NCBI GenBank assembly: GCA_002633005.1
Contig: NMRA01000075.1
Coordinates: forward strand, 296,641 to 360,640
Direction: 5' to 3'
DNA: 64,000 nucleotides
Origin: Phoronis australis
Taxonomy: Eukaryota; Animalia; Phoronida
Position 1 is the first letter of the stretch. Every line of letters starts with the position of its first letter. The notes under the pieces are model-generated. The model was given only the letters and a program-made list of their open reading frames with translations, was not told where the DNA came from and did no database searches. Shown here one piece after another: positions 12,901 through 24,721 of this stretch. A program made the position numbers and the translations under genes.

Positions 12901-15900
12901 TGGGGTTATAATCCAATTCAAAAATTGTTGCTGGCAGAACATGTTAAAAAACAAAATGAAGATCCTCTGAAGATAAAGCATTTTTAATTTACCTGCAAGC
13001 TCAGAATAAACCTTAGGACAACACTGAATGTGATTTACAGCTTAAAGTTTCTTTGCCGGAATAGTTTAGCGACGTGAGTTGACGACCACCATGTTTCATG
13101 TTATCAATAACTTTCTTACAAATGTTATCATTGGAAGATGTTATGACGATTTGATCCATGTTATTTCGTTGACTGTTATTTAGCTTGTCGTGGCCCACAA
13201 CACAACTTTCATGGAGCTGTCTGTGCATGACATCATGAACAACAGTCAGACGACAGTCAGTGAGACAAAGGCGACCTCTACTGGATCAGTGCAGATGTTT
13301 GACCTAAGTTCAGGAGCACTGCTCTATCTGGGTGGAAGTCCACCAAGCTTGTAAGTCATGGGAGGTGCTGGTGTGTTCTATCTACGCTCATGTGCCACAC
13401 AGGCTTATATACATGTACATAAGAAAGCTCAGCAAATTTGTATTTGCAACAATGAATATGGCTTTAAGTTTTGGAGGCTTTGCTTAAAAGGAAGATAATC
13501 TGTTTTGGGATTATTGGCTACTAATCTAAATAAGAAATCTGTTGTGTCTTGTGATTTGATTGCAAATCGCCAGTTTTTGCCATTGTCTATCAACCATCTG
13601 CTGAATTCAAGTCTGTTGAGTTTTGCCAAATTATTCTCTGCCATTTATGGAGATCTAGTCTTTGGCTTGGCCATAAAATAATTGCACTGCGGCTACTGAG
13701 GTTGTGAATTTGATTCTGCGTTAGGGGTGATCTCAGAAAACCATTTTTATCTCCTTTGTCACTTTAAAACGGTTACCACTCACCAAGGAAAGCATGGAAA
13801 ATGACAAAAGATAATCATTTCAGGTAAAACTCATGAAAAATGATAAAGTCATAAAAAACTCATGGCAGTATAAAATCTCCAGTGAACATCTTGTTTTTTT
13901 TGTTCATTGCATTCAGTTGAATGTGTGAAATTTTTTACTTTTTGACGTTATCACTGTAAGGAAAGCTACATAAACAGAACCCTGTGAATTATGTCATTAG
14001 ATTAAGATGAACTGGTTTGTGTTCTTGCTTGAGGTAAATTGAATGCAGCGCAGCTTAGAACTTAGTACTCATCATTCACAACGGTTGTGTGTTATCTTAC
14101 TTCCAGTGCTAAATGGAACAACACCAAGTCCTTGGCTGGTTGTGTCCGTAGGCTCAAGTTAAGTACGATCGTACCAACATTATCAGATAGGCAGCTGACT
14201 GCAGCAAATGCTGTCAGCCAATCAGAAGTCAGTTTTGATGGTTGTTATGTAGAGGTGAGTACAGGCACTTCCTACAGTATTGAAACCGAAGCATTTAATA
14301 ACTGCAACCAAAAAGCACAATTTCTGAAGTATTTTTGATGGTTTACTAAGTAAACATAACCCCGTTATTGTCACCTGTGGGTTTCATTCTTTGTGGTATT
14401 TTTGCCAGAGTTGCTGTTAGTATTTGTCAAAGTGGTTGATTGTGTGGTTGAATTTGTTCAGGCATTCGGATATTCTGTCGGCTTGTAAATTAGGGCATTA
14501 TTCTTTGTGCAACTTAGCATTTCACCCGTGTGTCTTTTACGTGACCTATTTTTGTTAGGCACAATTTTCTCTAGTCCTCCATATGCATGTCACTAATAAA
14601 GAAGTTTTTAGTGTTTGTATTATTCAGAGCTTGATGTGAACCATGTTTCAAATGCTATCATTTTGAAATTGCTTACAGGTGGTCAAAGGTCTCAATGTTC
14701 AAACTTACAACTCTTATGCAAGTTACAATGTTGGCCGCACGCTAAGAAATTTCAGGACACTCGAGTTGCAATTGGCTACTCAGCAGAGTTCAGGGGTCGT
14801 GTTCTATATGGCTTCCAGCCAATCTTGGCAGAGTGTAAGTGATGCATTATTTTATTCTTGACCACTCTACTCTTTTCTGTATTATATGCTTTGGTTTTCC
14901 AGTCAAATGTTTAAAATTGCCGCTAATTATTGTGGCTGTCTCATATAACGTGAATGTATTGAATAGATTCCTGAGTGTTTATTCCATTTACTGAGATTTT
15001 GATTCAAAACTAATTGAAATTGCTGTGAAAAAAATACTTCTCCAATGTGAAATTTGGCATGGCCTATGTCTGGAAAAGATGGGAGTTGGTCCTGGCTGAT
15101 GACCAGTTTATGATTTTTCCGAATACTTGCAGAAGGCGCTCATCTTGTCTCTCTTCAACGGGAACCTCCTTCTGTTGTTCTACGATGAGAACGGTGACCT
15201 GAAGGACGTTCTTACGTCCTATGACCTCAGTTTGGCAGACGGCCGATTGCACTACATTACCACAGATTTCACGTCATCAAGGTTTGCCAGCTTTGCTTGG
15301 TTTTAAGGCACTACAAAGCTTATCTTGTGTTGTATTTGAAGGGTTTTGGCTTTATGCTAATTCTTTGCATTCTCATCCATTGGACTGCTGTTCATTTTGG
15401 AATGTCGAATATGGGAGTAACTGTAACTTGTTTTATTTAATAAAAAGAAAATGTTTTGTTATGGCAGCATTGAGTGTGATAAAAAGTATGTTGTCTTGGT
15501 GACGTAAACTTTTGATGTTTTCTTTTATCACCATGGCTGAGACGCAGAATTATGACTTTTGATTTTAGTATTAAATTGCATTTGACTTTCTTAGGCTGTC
15601 GAGTTTTATTCCTTGTTGTTATTAAGTTGTAAGCATGAGAATAGTATGTCATGTTCTTTTCTAGCCCGCAGCTGATTGTAGATGGTAGAACATTCATCTC
15701 AAGCCGAGCCTTCACTACGGGTCTACACATTCTGGACGACCCGAGTCACGTGTACCTTGGAGGTCTGCCGCATGGATTTGTCACGGATCATCTGCTACCC
15801 ACAATGCATTCGCTTGTGAGTGGCATTCAAAATGTCCGCCTGAACGGAAAGTAAGTTGTGGATTCATTTCAACGCTTTTTAATGTTGGAGATTGTGTAAA

Positions 15901-18900
15901 AATAAGGATCACTGCATGTAGGTTAAGGTCAGTGTTGCCCATTGCACAAAGATTGTAAACCAGATTATGGACTATCTAGATGACAAGCATGTTCTTTTGG
16001 TGCACAGCTGATATTGTCCTCTACATTGGTCAAAATTGTTACATTGAGTTCGGTCCAAAGTCTTGATGTCAGGTTAGGGATGTGGTCTGCTGAGCACGTT
16101 TGGCAGATTTTTGGTGAGATATCACCACTTGTTACGATGATACAAGCAGAGCATGTGCTTGTAGTTGTGAGTATTGCATGCTGCAGAACGGATCCCAGGT
16201 TTGTACCAAGTCTATAATCATTACTCATAGTGGTATGAGTGGTCTGTTTTACGATTTGACTTTCGATATTACTGAAAATGTTAGATGGTTCTTATGCAAA
16301 TGTTACAAACAGTCCTTACATGGTCTTAGTAAGGCTGCAGACTGCAGCATCTAGACCCAGTTACACCAGCTTACATCAAATTGTAATAAATCTCACGAGT
16401 GCTGAATCCGATTGCAACCAGAGAAGTCCCTGTGGTTAATCATGTAAAATTGAATCTCTTACATGTCAAAATAGAGGCTGGTATTTTAAAGTAACGTTCA
16501 AGGCGGCACAAGTGCTGAAAGATCCCCTCTTCATTTTTGCATTGATTTGATTCTCTTCCAGCCCACTAGATGTCACAAATGTTCAGCTCTTCACTAGCCA
16601 TAGACACGTGTCCTTGACCTTTGGCGTGCCCAAAGACGGTGTACCACCTCTTCCCTATTCTACAACGACTCCCGTTATCACGACACCTGCGCCTACCTGT
16701 TCCCCAGTTACGGCTAATCCCCAGCCCATCCGAAATGCGGTCAGATTTGGTGACATGGCTGACAGCTATATTTTGTATGACTTAGCCAAGATGAAATGGT
16801 TGACTCATCTCAATGCAAGGTACATGCTGTTATTTTTTTCTTAATGACATACTTGGCCATTTATGCCCATGGACCTGTGTGTGGCTCCGCCTGTATCGGA
16901 ATTTTGGTTCATGAAACAAAAAATGCAAATTAAACCGTTGTAGTTAAACATGGGTGTAAGTTTAAATCTATTGGTGATGGTTGATACCTAACTTGAATGA
17001 AAACACAGGTCATGTAAATTTTGTTCCTACAATATGTTAGAAGCATCTCACTGACCACATTCATGTCATATATTGCCAAAGTTATGAGTAGCTAGGCTTA
17101 TTGCATGATTTTCGTCTACGTCACCATGAGAATTCTCGATCAAGCATAGCAAACATTGTTTTGTTTAATATTACTCTCATCTGGTACCAGCAACTTATAC
17201 ATAGAATTTCTACCACAGCACAAGCGAGCATTCGCAACTACTGCCATTGGCTAATTTTTCTCACTTTGCTGCTTTCTCAAGGTCAGACTGAATATGGTAC
17301 AAAAATTCACTTATCATTTGGCATGCACGAGTTTGTTTAAATATTTTTTCTTGTGTTGCTAAAACATTGCCAGGACTTTCAGTATAGTCCCAATGCATCT
17401 AGAGTAAATAAAACATCCATTCGAGGAAGGTTTTAAGTTATTAGAGAAGATGGCCGTAAAATTATCCCGTTTAAACTATTCATGGCTAGAAGACACAGTC
17501 ACGTGTCTGCACCTGTATTAGTGAACCTTAGGCTCATGTGCTTTTGTGTGGAACATATGAGTGAGATGGTTTTTTGAAAAAAATCTTTGAAATATAGGCA
17601 TGTGTCTGAAAGTGTGCACTTACACATAGTATCAGTTGTAGAATAACTTTCATTGGTTGTTGAAACCTTAATATTTTTGTACAAAATTGAAATCCATGTC
17701 CATAAGCATGGACCTGCTTGCAACAGTTGATCAATATTAAGAAAAATTAACTGGTGTGTCGAAAATTAATGATTCACGGTGGACTGTAAGTAATATCAAT
17801 TCTTTTCTGCTGTTTTCACCACTCTGGTTTTAGTTGGAAAAAACAATCGTTTAGTCATTCTATCTTGTCACTTTTTAGTGGGCTGTGGGAATTTGTGTCA
17901 AGACGGATCTGAAAATTATTTCATTTAACAGTGAGAGTACATGCCAGAAGTACAGTTTGGGCCCATGGGTGTGCACCTGTTGTCACCTGTCGTGTCTGTT
18001 TTACACAATTCCTTCTTGTGAATCCATTAGTCAAAACACTTTATTACTACCATTAACAATGGCAGTTCACTTGGCATGTGCACTGCTTACGTGATGAGGA
18101 ATTTCAGGTCGTTGTTTGGTTACGTTTTGCGTGCACTGTATTTAGCTCATAAAATACTATAATTTCTTCTGCTTTCAGTTTTGTGCTGAACTTAGACTTT
18201 AAGGCGTACGCTTCTGAGGGGACTGTGCTTACCATGGTGAATGCTGATCTGAACCCAGAGAACTATCTTAAGGTCTTCCTGTCTGGCGGGTATCTTGTCG
18301 TGCGCATGATGACATCACTGCGCGTCGAATATGAGCTCCTGTCCACAGGTCGAGTGGACACAGGGGAGGTTATCCAGGTATGTAATGGGGTGTTTGTTAA
18401 CGATTTGGTGCACGTGCACTGTGGGAAGTTCTCTGTAGCAGGAAAATTTTCTTGGTCATTAGGTTTCGGGCATTGAATAGTCTATTTATTTTTCTGAATC
18501 TAAGTAAAAAGCGTTGTGTAATTCTTATTTGAACGTGCAGAATCTATCCCTGTTTGGGTCATGCGACCATGTCTGTTTGGTAAAATTTAACAAAAACAAA
18601 GGTGTGCTCACTGAAATCCTGTTGCAGTTTTCTTATGGAATTTCATTATCTTCTGGTTTTTGCTTAATTAAACTGAAGAATTTTTCCATAAATACCATCA
18701 AAGTATCAATTTTCGATGGCACGTCTTCCAAACGTTAGCTTGCTTGCAAATTGGTCTTGAGATCTTCTTCACTCAGTTTGAAACGTGGCTTTGGTACACA
18801 GTTAGCCGGTCTTAACACTCCACAATTTGTGCGAAATAATTAAATTTCACTTGAGCAAAAATTCCTGAGAACATACTTGTAACTGTTAGTTTCTGAGATT

Positions 18901-21900
18901 GTTTCTATAAATTATTTTTATAATTATTTATCTAGACTTTTATTCACCAATTGTGAAGTGGGAACGTAAGACGAAATTTCTGTCTTAAGTCATCTTTCAT
19001 GAAATGTTCCCCAGTGGCCAGAAAACACATATTGTCCTTTCTTATACTGTTTGTGTCGCGTTACGAAGCCAATTTTTGGCTTTGATACAAATTGAGAGTG
19101 AACTTTACGTTGAATTCTCAGTATTTTTGAAAATTATATGAGGGATCTTTTCATGCAATACCTCTCTAAATGAAAGGACTAATTCCTAATTATTTTAATT
19201 GAATTAAGAGCTGGGTTTTATTGATATTATATGAAATGTCATTAGTTGAAGAGTAGCTCATAATAAAGATAAAATTAATAATAGAAAAAATTACATCTGT
19301 GAGTAAAGAACAAGCAAATATGCTAAAGACTTCGAAAAGTCAGTTGAGTCCCTGTTTGGGATTGTTTCATGCAACCGGCCACTGGGGTCTGTTTGTGCTT
19401 TGAACAGGTTTTCATGTAATGACGAACTGTTGGTTCTTCCCAAGCCATGAGGTCACTTTTAATCATTGTAGGGAACATGTTGTGACCACTTTTATAGCGG
19501 CAAGTAGCCTGAAAAAAAGTATTGGCAAGTTCATAGCATTTGATTTTCTATCTCGTCTGTTTAATTCTTAATATATGTCATAATTCTACTCATGTTTTGC
19601 ATGATGTCTTGTTCTAGGCCAAAGTTCTTCGTATCCACGATTTCTTAGCGCTGTACATGCCCTCTGGTTACTCTAGCAATCTGAAGTCATCAGGCCCAAA
19701 GTCGTATTTTACGGCCAACAAGCTTTATCTGGGAGGAACTGTAAGTATGCACGTCATCAATAGAAGCTTGTAATGGCCATCACCAGAAGTTTCATTGCAG
19801 TTGCTTTAGATATCGGCTGTGGTAGAATTTGCTTAAAATTCTTTCCTGCTCTTGATTCACATTGAATGGATGGAAAGCCAGTCTCCCAATGGTAGATTTG
19901 TCCCAGGGTCTCGGGACCTTGTGTTGCAATTTTATTCTCACGTTTAGCTAATTCAGTACACCTGCTATACAGTGAACTGTGGATGGTCTCCATTGGTGGT
20001 CTGGATTTAGCAGCTTGACATCTTTATAACTCTCTAGTTTAATTTTGACTGGATTTTGATTTGGATTGCTCCATACCTGTTTGTTTGTGTATCATAGTTC
20101 AAACAAAAAGTCTCCAACAATTTTGTGTTTAAAGCAAAAAATGCACTTATAAACGACTTTGTGACTTTCAAGCCTTTTCAAGGTTTTTCAGGCATCATAG
20201 ATTGAGAAAATTTTAATATTTCTGTGGGTTAAGAATGGACACATTTAAAACTAAGGCTATTTGAAAAAACGTGGAAGGTTGTCGTGAAGGTTGGATTTTG
20301 TTTTCTCATTTTTCACACAAACAACATAATTAGCTCCAGAGCGGAGTTGCTGTCTGACAGTGCTTTGAAAATTTATTGGCATTCACAGCTGTTGTTGGGA
20401 TCTTATGACAAGATAAGAAAGAGATGGTGAGGCATTTTTTTTTGTTCAGAAATAATGAGATTTTACCCGGCTGAGAGTTCTATGTTGGAAGTAAATTAAA
20501 TTTAAAAAAACACAAGGAGTCGCGATATTTCAAAGGTTAGCAGCCACTTTGGCATTATGCTTACATCCCCATAGTCATATCCCCAATCTGCACATTGGGC
20601 ATAACCTTATTAATCAGGTATGAGATCGCATAACCATAACAAATAAAATGTCTTATATGGTGAAAGTTTTTATTCATGAAAATCGAAACTTTTTGGCTCT
20701 CTTTCTTTCTAGGCATCGCCTTCTACGTCATTCCATGGGTGTATTCTCTCGGTGCTCTTCAACACAAATATTACTGACTTGAGTTTGCCATTAGAGTAAG
20801 TGTCTTGAGTGTTGATATTAATATAGTACATGAGCTGGGCATGGCCTGTCATGTAACCAGTTTTTCATCTTAAACGTGATAAGGGTATGGAGTGGTAAGC
20901 ATTATAATCGACCTAAGCACGGCTTTCTAAAAAAATTTTAAAATAACAAATTATAGCACTGCTGTACAATTTTCATAAAAGCAAACCTTCATAATCTTGT
21001 CCCAAACCTCTCTCGTAGTTTGAAGCAAACAATTCCCAGTGCTGAGAGGAATTCTCACTATGACTTGATTGATTTCCAGGGGATTCTTGGCAGTTACTAT
21101 GTTTATTCAGTATTGAAATTGCTCCCTTTCAGGTCACCTGAACCTGTACGCACTGGTGTTGCTAGTTGCTACAGTAACATAAGGAATGGCTTGAAGTTTG
21201 ATGGTTCTGCGTATGCATTGCAACGTAAGTCCCTACTTGTTCATACTAATATAGCAGAGTTCAAATTTTTCATGATTCCTTTTCTGCAACAGTGGCACAG
21301 TTTTATTTTGACGGGTGCAAAATTTGTGATGCACCCATCCCTCTGGGACAAAGTTGTTTGTAGTGATAAAAATAAGTTGCAGACTATTCAGACAGGGTTT
21401 AAAATTATCATTCTTCAAAATGCTGTATTTCTCCATTCATGTCATTTGAAGATTAGAGAATCTTGTCAGAATGAAAGGTCATGCAAAATTACGTGAGTGA
21501 AGGGCTTTTCATTTGTGTTTTGGGGGCCTTAGTGTTGTTATATGCAATCTGGTGGCCACTGAAGTGGTTGGTCGGTGAGGTCGGCAGTTTGAAACATGGG
21601 ACGGAATTAACTGGTTCCATTTCATAAGCAAAGATTTTTTCCTCATGTGCAGCACTTGTGTTGTCCAATCATTTCTCAGATTTAATAGCTCAAGCCATGG
21701 AAAATGTGAAACACGTGCAAAACTTCTGAAAAATGAGTGTTCAATTAATGTGTGAAGCATGTTCACCAAACATTGCTTTTACGTTCTTCAGGTTCCAAGT
21801 TTGTCATAAACTCCACCAACCTCAAGATTGACATGACTTTTACCTCTTATAATGACTCCGCCAACCTGCTGACTATATACAGTTCAATGACATCCTTCTT

Positions 21901-23325
21901 CGTCATCGACCTCTTGAAGGGACAGGTAAGTTTGTCACAGAATTTCGGGTGTCACTTTTAATAGTTTGAAGGGAATGTTGTTCCAGATGGGTTGTGGGTA
22001 ATTGCCCTTGAGTGTTGATGGAATTTGCAGTCACGGAAAGATTTCTCTGAATTTCTCATTCTGTAGGTAAATGCAAGAGGAACCATGAAAGGGATTTGAG
22101 AAATGCGCATATGTACATTAGGCATTCAAAGAGGTGAAGTTTTGCAATTCGAAAAAAACTTGCAGTCATCTCTTTTGACAAGTATCTGCTGTGCAATGGA
22201 ATGTTCTAGTGACTCGCTAAAATACTTAGTACATCGCAAACCATCGTATTTGGCTGAGTAAAATTATAGCATTCACCTATCTCAACTTGGCATGGGTTTT
22301 CATGTACAATATGAAATTGGTTCTGAGGAAACCATTTATCCACTATTGCTGCAATAAAACATTTTAATTAATGCCATATACCGGGTAATATATAATAACT
22401 TTGCCGAGGCCCTCCTATTAGTATTTATTGTGCAGTTTTCTTTCTCAAGAGATATTAAGGTAGTTACCAATACTGTTTTTTTGAAAGGTAGGCCCTAGTA
22501 GCAAACAAATTATGTCAACCATAATTTATGCCAATATCTACTGTAATGTGGCATTGAAAATTTAAATGGTTCAGAAAAGTCAGACAAAAATATAACTTCA
22601 GTAATCAAGAAACAAAAAGATAAAACATGCTCTATCAAAGCTATTAATTTTCAATCGGTCAAGGTATGAAAACAGATTAATTTCAATGGTAAATGCTCCT
22701 GACCAGTGGTGTCTATTCCCACATGATCAATTGCCGCGTTCCTTCCTCGAAGGCTCTCATTTTGCCAAAACTTGACTTAGAGGTATGTACCTATTTTGAC
22801 TAAGTGCATTGTGGTGAGTGTTTTTAGCACTTTATTAAGGTCTTATGTCAAAATAAATAAATGTAGTTCACAAAAACAGCAATAACTGGTAGTAATGCAT
22901 TAGTGAATTGAATTTGCTTGTTGTTAATAGCACTGGTTACGTTTCTGTTTCCGTAGGTTCGTGTCACCCTTGGTAACTCCAAATCAGCCAATGAACCATA
23001 CACAGCTGCGTACAATGCTGAACTGACCAAGCACTCCATTTGTAATGCAGAACCTCACAGACTGACCGTCGGTCTGGGTCCGTACGGGCTGGACATTAAA
23101 GTAGACAGTCAGCCGGAGCAGGGGTACGCCTTCCTACCTCCCATCTCTAACGCCCCAATGCCACTTTATGTTGGCGGCCTACCACTAGGTGGCACCAATA
23201 TCAAATTTCCAATCACCGTGAGCAAGAAGGGTTTGGAAGGTTGTGTGTCGAGATTGATCATTAATGGACAAGAGATTTCAACCTATGAGAGCCTGGTGCA
23301 GACGCGGTATGGATGTAACGCGTAA
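845..23325 (+). CDS. LAMA: Laminin alpha chain, 3' part (25 exons; 5' end lies upstream of the window): LE - CxxC - coiled coil (with FN2 insert) - LG1-LG5
   Basis: Hand-spliced exons: 845-994, 1554-1816, 2438-2755, 4332-4481, 4928-5081, 6117-6290, 6663-6807, 7979-8223, 8565-8690, 9551-9739, 10144-10570, 11600-11747, 12319-12726, 13184-13350, 14107-14254, 14679-14834, 15133-15281, 15665-15850, 16562-16819, 18179-18377, 19618-19740, 20713-20795, 21133-21224, 21792-21925, 22957-23325. All introns are GT-AG with matching phases, giving one open frame to TAA at 23323-23325. The LE/coiled coil/5xLG order is diagnostic of laminin alpha. A probable upstream donor (cg|gtaaga) is at position 3. Confidence 0.93.
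1554..1816 (+). CDS. LAMA: Laminin alpha exon: CxxC and start of coiled coil
   Basis: [12 protein letters not shown]...NFQAK; phase 1-0. Confidence 0.88.
2438..2755 (+). CDS. LAMA: Laminin alpha exon: coiled coil
   Basis: [12 protein letters not shown]...IIQNE; phase 0-0, heptad-like. Confidence 0.88.
3567..4081. mobile_element. Intronic hAT-like MITE
   Basis: 13-bp TIRs CAGGGCTTGGAAT / ATTCCAAGCCCTG; flanks tgtttcat and tttcat (target duplication); subterminal TTCCGCG repeats. Confidence 0.75.
4332..4481 (+). CDS. LAMA: Laminin alpha exon: coiled coil
   Basis: [10 protein letters not shown]...YNQTM; phase 0-0. Confidence 0.87.
4928..5081 (+). CDS. LAMA: Laminin alpha exon: coiled coil
   Basis: [10 protein letters not shown]...GRDTS; phase 0-1. 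Confidence 0.87.
6117..6290 (+). CDS. LAMA: Laminin alpha exon: fibronectin type II (FN2) domain inserted in the coiled coil
   Basis: [58 protein letters not shown] matches the FN2 pattern C-x-FPF-x-Y-x-G..Y..C...WC...WG-x-C; strong acceptor (ttccttttta ttgtag) and donor (gtaagt); 174 nt, phase 1-1. Confidence 0.88.
6663..6807 (+). CDS. LAMA: Laminin alpha exon: coiled coil
   Basis: [12 protein letters not shown]...QNIE; phase 1-2; weak donor gttgcc. Confidence 0.8.
6868..7075. mobile_element. Intronic Tc1/mariner-like MITE
   Basis: TA-CAGGGTGA...TCATCCTG-TA with ~25-bp imperfect TIRs. Confidence 0.55.
7979..8223 (+). CDS. LAMA: Laminin alpha exon: coiled coil
   Basis: [16 protein letters not shown]...NGTAK; phase 2-1. 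Confidence 0.88.
8565..8690 (+). CDS. LAMA: Laminin alpha exon: coiled coil
   Basis: [26 protein letters not shown]...DITK; phase 1-1; not in the ORF track. Confidence 0.85.
9551..9739 (+). CDS. LAMA: Laminin alpha exon: coiled coil
   Basis: [14 protein letters not shown]...QLSGS; phase 1-1. Confidence 0.87.
10144..10570 (+). CDS. LAMA: Laminin alpha exon: end of coiled coil and LG1
   Basis: ...[23 protein letters not shown]...GLLFF...[15 protein letters not shown]...WFRVSASR; phase 1-2. Confidence 0.92.
11600..11747 (+). CDS. LAMA: Laminin alpha exon: LG1
   Basis: YFNKGLLVV...YYLAGIP; phase 2-0. Confidence 0.88.
12319..12726 (+). CDS. LAMA: Laminin alpha exon: LG1 end and LG2
   Basis: [11 protein letters not shown]...SFNGFGY...[11 protein letters not shown]...YNDGQWHK; phase 0-0. 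Confidence 0.93.
13184..13350 (+). CDS. LAMA: Laminin alpha exon: LG2
   Basis: [14 protein letters not shown]...LLYLGGSPP; phase 0-2; not in the ORF track. Confidence 0.88.
14107..14254 (+). CDS. LAMA: Laminin alpha exon: LG2 end
   Basis: [11 protein letters not shown]...SFDGCYVE; phase 2-0. Confidence 0.88.
14679..14834 (+). CDS. LAMA: Laminin alpha exon: LG3
   Basis: VVKGLNV...[16 protein letters not shown]; phase 0-0. Confidence 0.87.
15133..15281 (+). CDS. LAMA: Laminin alpha exon: LG3
   Basis: [16 protein letters not shown]...LADGRLHYI; phase 0-2. Confidence 0.87.
15665..15850 (+). CDS. LAMA: Laminin alpha exon: LG3
   Basis: PQLIVDG...VYLGGLP...[10 protein letters not shown]; phase 2-2. 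Confidence 0.9.
16562..16819 (+). CDS. LAMA: Laminin alpha exon: LG3-LG4 Pro/Thr-rich hinge and LG4 start
   Basis: [22 protein letters not shown]...[11 protein letters not shown]; phase 2-2. Confidence 0.88.
18179..18377 (+). CDS. LAMA: Laminin alpha exon: LG4
   Basis: [17 protein letters not shown]...[12 protein letters not shown]; phase 2-0. Confidence 0.88.
19618..19740 (+). CDS. LAMA: Laminin alpha exon: LG4
   Basis: [13 protein letters not shown]...KLYLGGT; phase 0-0. Confidence 0.86.
20713..20795 (+). CDS. LAMA: Laminin alpha exon: LG4
   Basis: [17 protein letters not shown]; phase 0-2. Confidence 0.86.
21133..21224 (+). CDS. LAMA: Laminin alpha exon: LG4 end / LG5 start
   Basis: [22 protein letters not shown]; phase 2-1. 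Confidence 0.87.
21792..21925 (+). CDS. LAMA: Laminin alpha exon: LG5
   Basis: [16 protein letters not shown]...FVIDLLKGQ; phase 1-0. Confidence 0.87.
22957..23325 (+). CDS. LAMA: Laminin alpha terminal coding exon: LG5
   Basis: VRVTLGN...SICNAEPH...PLYVGGLP...[12 protein letters not shown]...YGCNA*; not in the ORF track. Confidence 0.92.
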   Translation, partial: VRVTLGNSKSANEPYTAAYNAELTKHSICNAEPHRLTVGLGPYGLDIKVDSQPEQGYAFLPPISNAPMPLYVGGLPLGGTNIKFPITVSKKGLEGCVSRLIINGQEISTYESLVQTRYGCNA

Positions 23326-24449
23326 CTTTTGCCAAATGATGTTATTTCCCTTTTCGTTTTCGAAATTTGAACACTTTTTGGAAATGAAAAGAGCACAAAG
23401 GATTGCTAACCCATTTGACTATGATTCATATATCATATGCTTAGTACACCGTGTCCTTGTTAAAACAACGTGGAAAGATGTTGAGCTGCTAACCTTTCCA
23501 CGTCATTGAGACCAGTGAGATCGTTATTAACAATGATCACCAGCTATTAATTACTTAATCAACTTCATAGTCAGCACTATGATGGGGGACTCAAGATTCA
23601 CTAGGTGACGCTGGTGTAAAGTGCTCCTAGCAACTGTAAAATGAGGGGTAATTTCCAATAGAGGAATTCAAAATAATGTTTTCTTAAGAAAAGTGTAGTT
23701 GCTCAACAATTTTGACAACTGCCTGTTCCAAAAGAGACTTCCTGCTTACTACAGGTTCAATGAAATCTGAAATGTTTGAGGTCTTTCAGATGTGGTATTT
23801 GTTCATGTTAAGTAGATCATTTGTTTTATACTCCCTTTTCACATTACTGTTCTTGCTGTATACGTGCATGGGTCCTTGAAACCCTGAACATCCTCCTGCT
23901 GGTGACCAGGAATTTGTTATTGGTCATTCAGGCATCAAAATGAGTACCATTTCTCCTTAAATTAATATTCTAATATTTCCCATATTTGTAGACGCTATCA
24001 AGTTCCACCTGTGTTGCATATGCAGTGCTGAGTTGTGGTGCTGCAATGCACAATGTATTGCTTTCCTGATCATTTTTGAATGTGAGGTTGCTGTTGGCTT
24101 AATCATCCAGGTGTTACAGATGATAGACTTCTTGCTTTGTTGTTATTCTCAGCCATGGTATCTATGATTCTAGTGTGCTATTGGCGAAAAAATTCTCACT
24201 ACAGTTGGATTTTCTGTTTGGTATTTTGGTATCTTTTTATTTTTTTTCTCTCCCATAGACTGTTATAGATATCATTTGTCTACCTACTTTTAAAATATTT
24301 TTGCAGTATTTATGATATATTTTAAAGCAGTTTTAACATTCCGGTTTATCAAATTTTAAACGTGTGTTGGAGAATATTGTGCTTTGTCTGCTCTCGTTAG
24401 AAAATCATTCCGTCCTTTATGTGATTTTGTAATGCAAGATTTTTTAGGT

Positions 24450-24455
24450 AATAAA
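24450..24455 (+). terminator. Candidate polyadenylation signal of the laminin gene
   Basis: AATAAA about 1.1 kb after the stop, at the end of a T-rich UTR-like tract. Confidence 0.5.
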
Positions 24456-24721
24456 GTACTTTATCACTGCAAGAGAAGCCTTAACATTTTCTGCTTAATA
24501 TTGTGACATAGGACTCTACAGACTTTCATTTCCCTCATACAAATGATTTGCAGCCGTCAATATAATTTTACCTTCGTGTTAATCGTACATGCATGCAGAT
24601 AAATTAGTTCGGTGAGGGTCATTTTTCCATTTCGAACATAGCTTACGATGTATTTTAAGTACCGTGTAGTAGAATTCTACATATTAACAATATTCTTAGT
24701 TGCACTTCCCTTTGAAGTATC

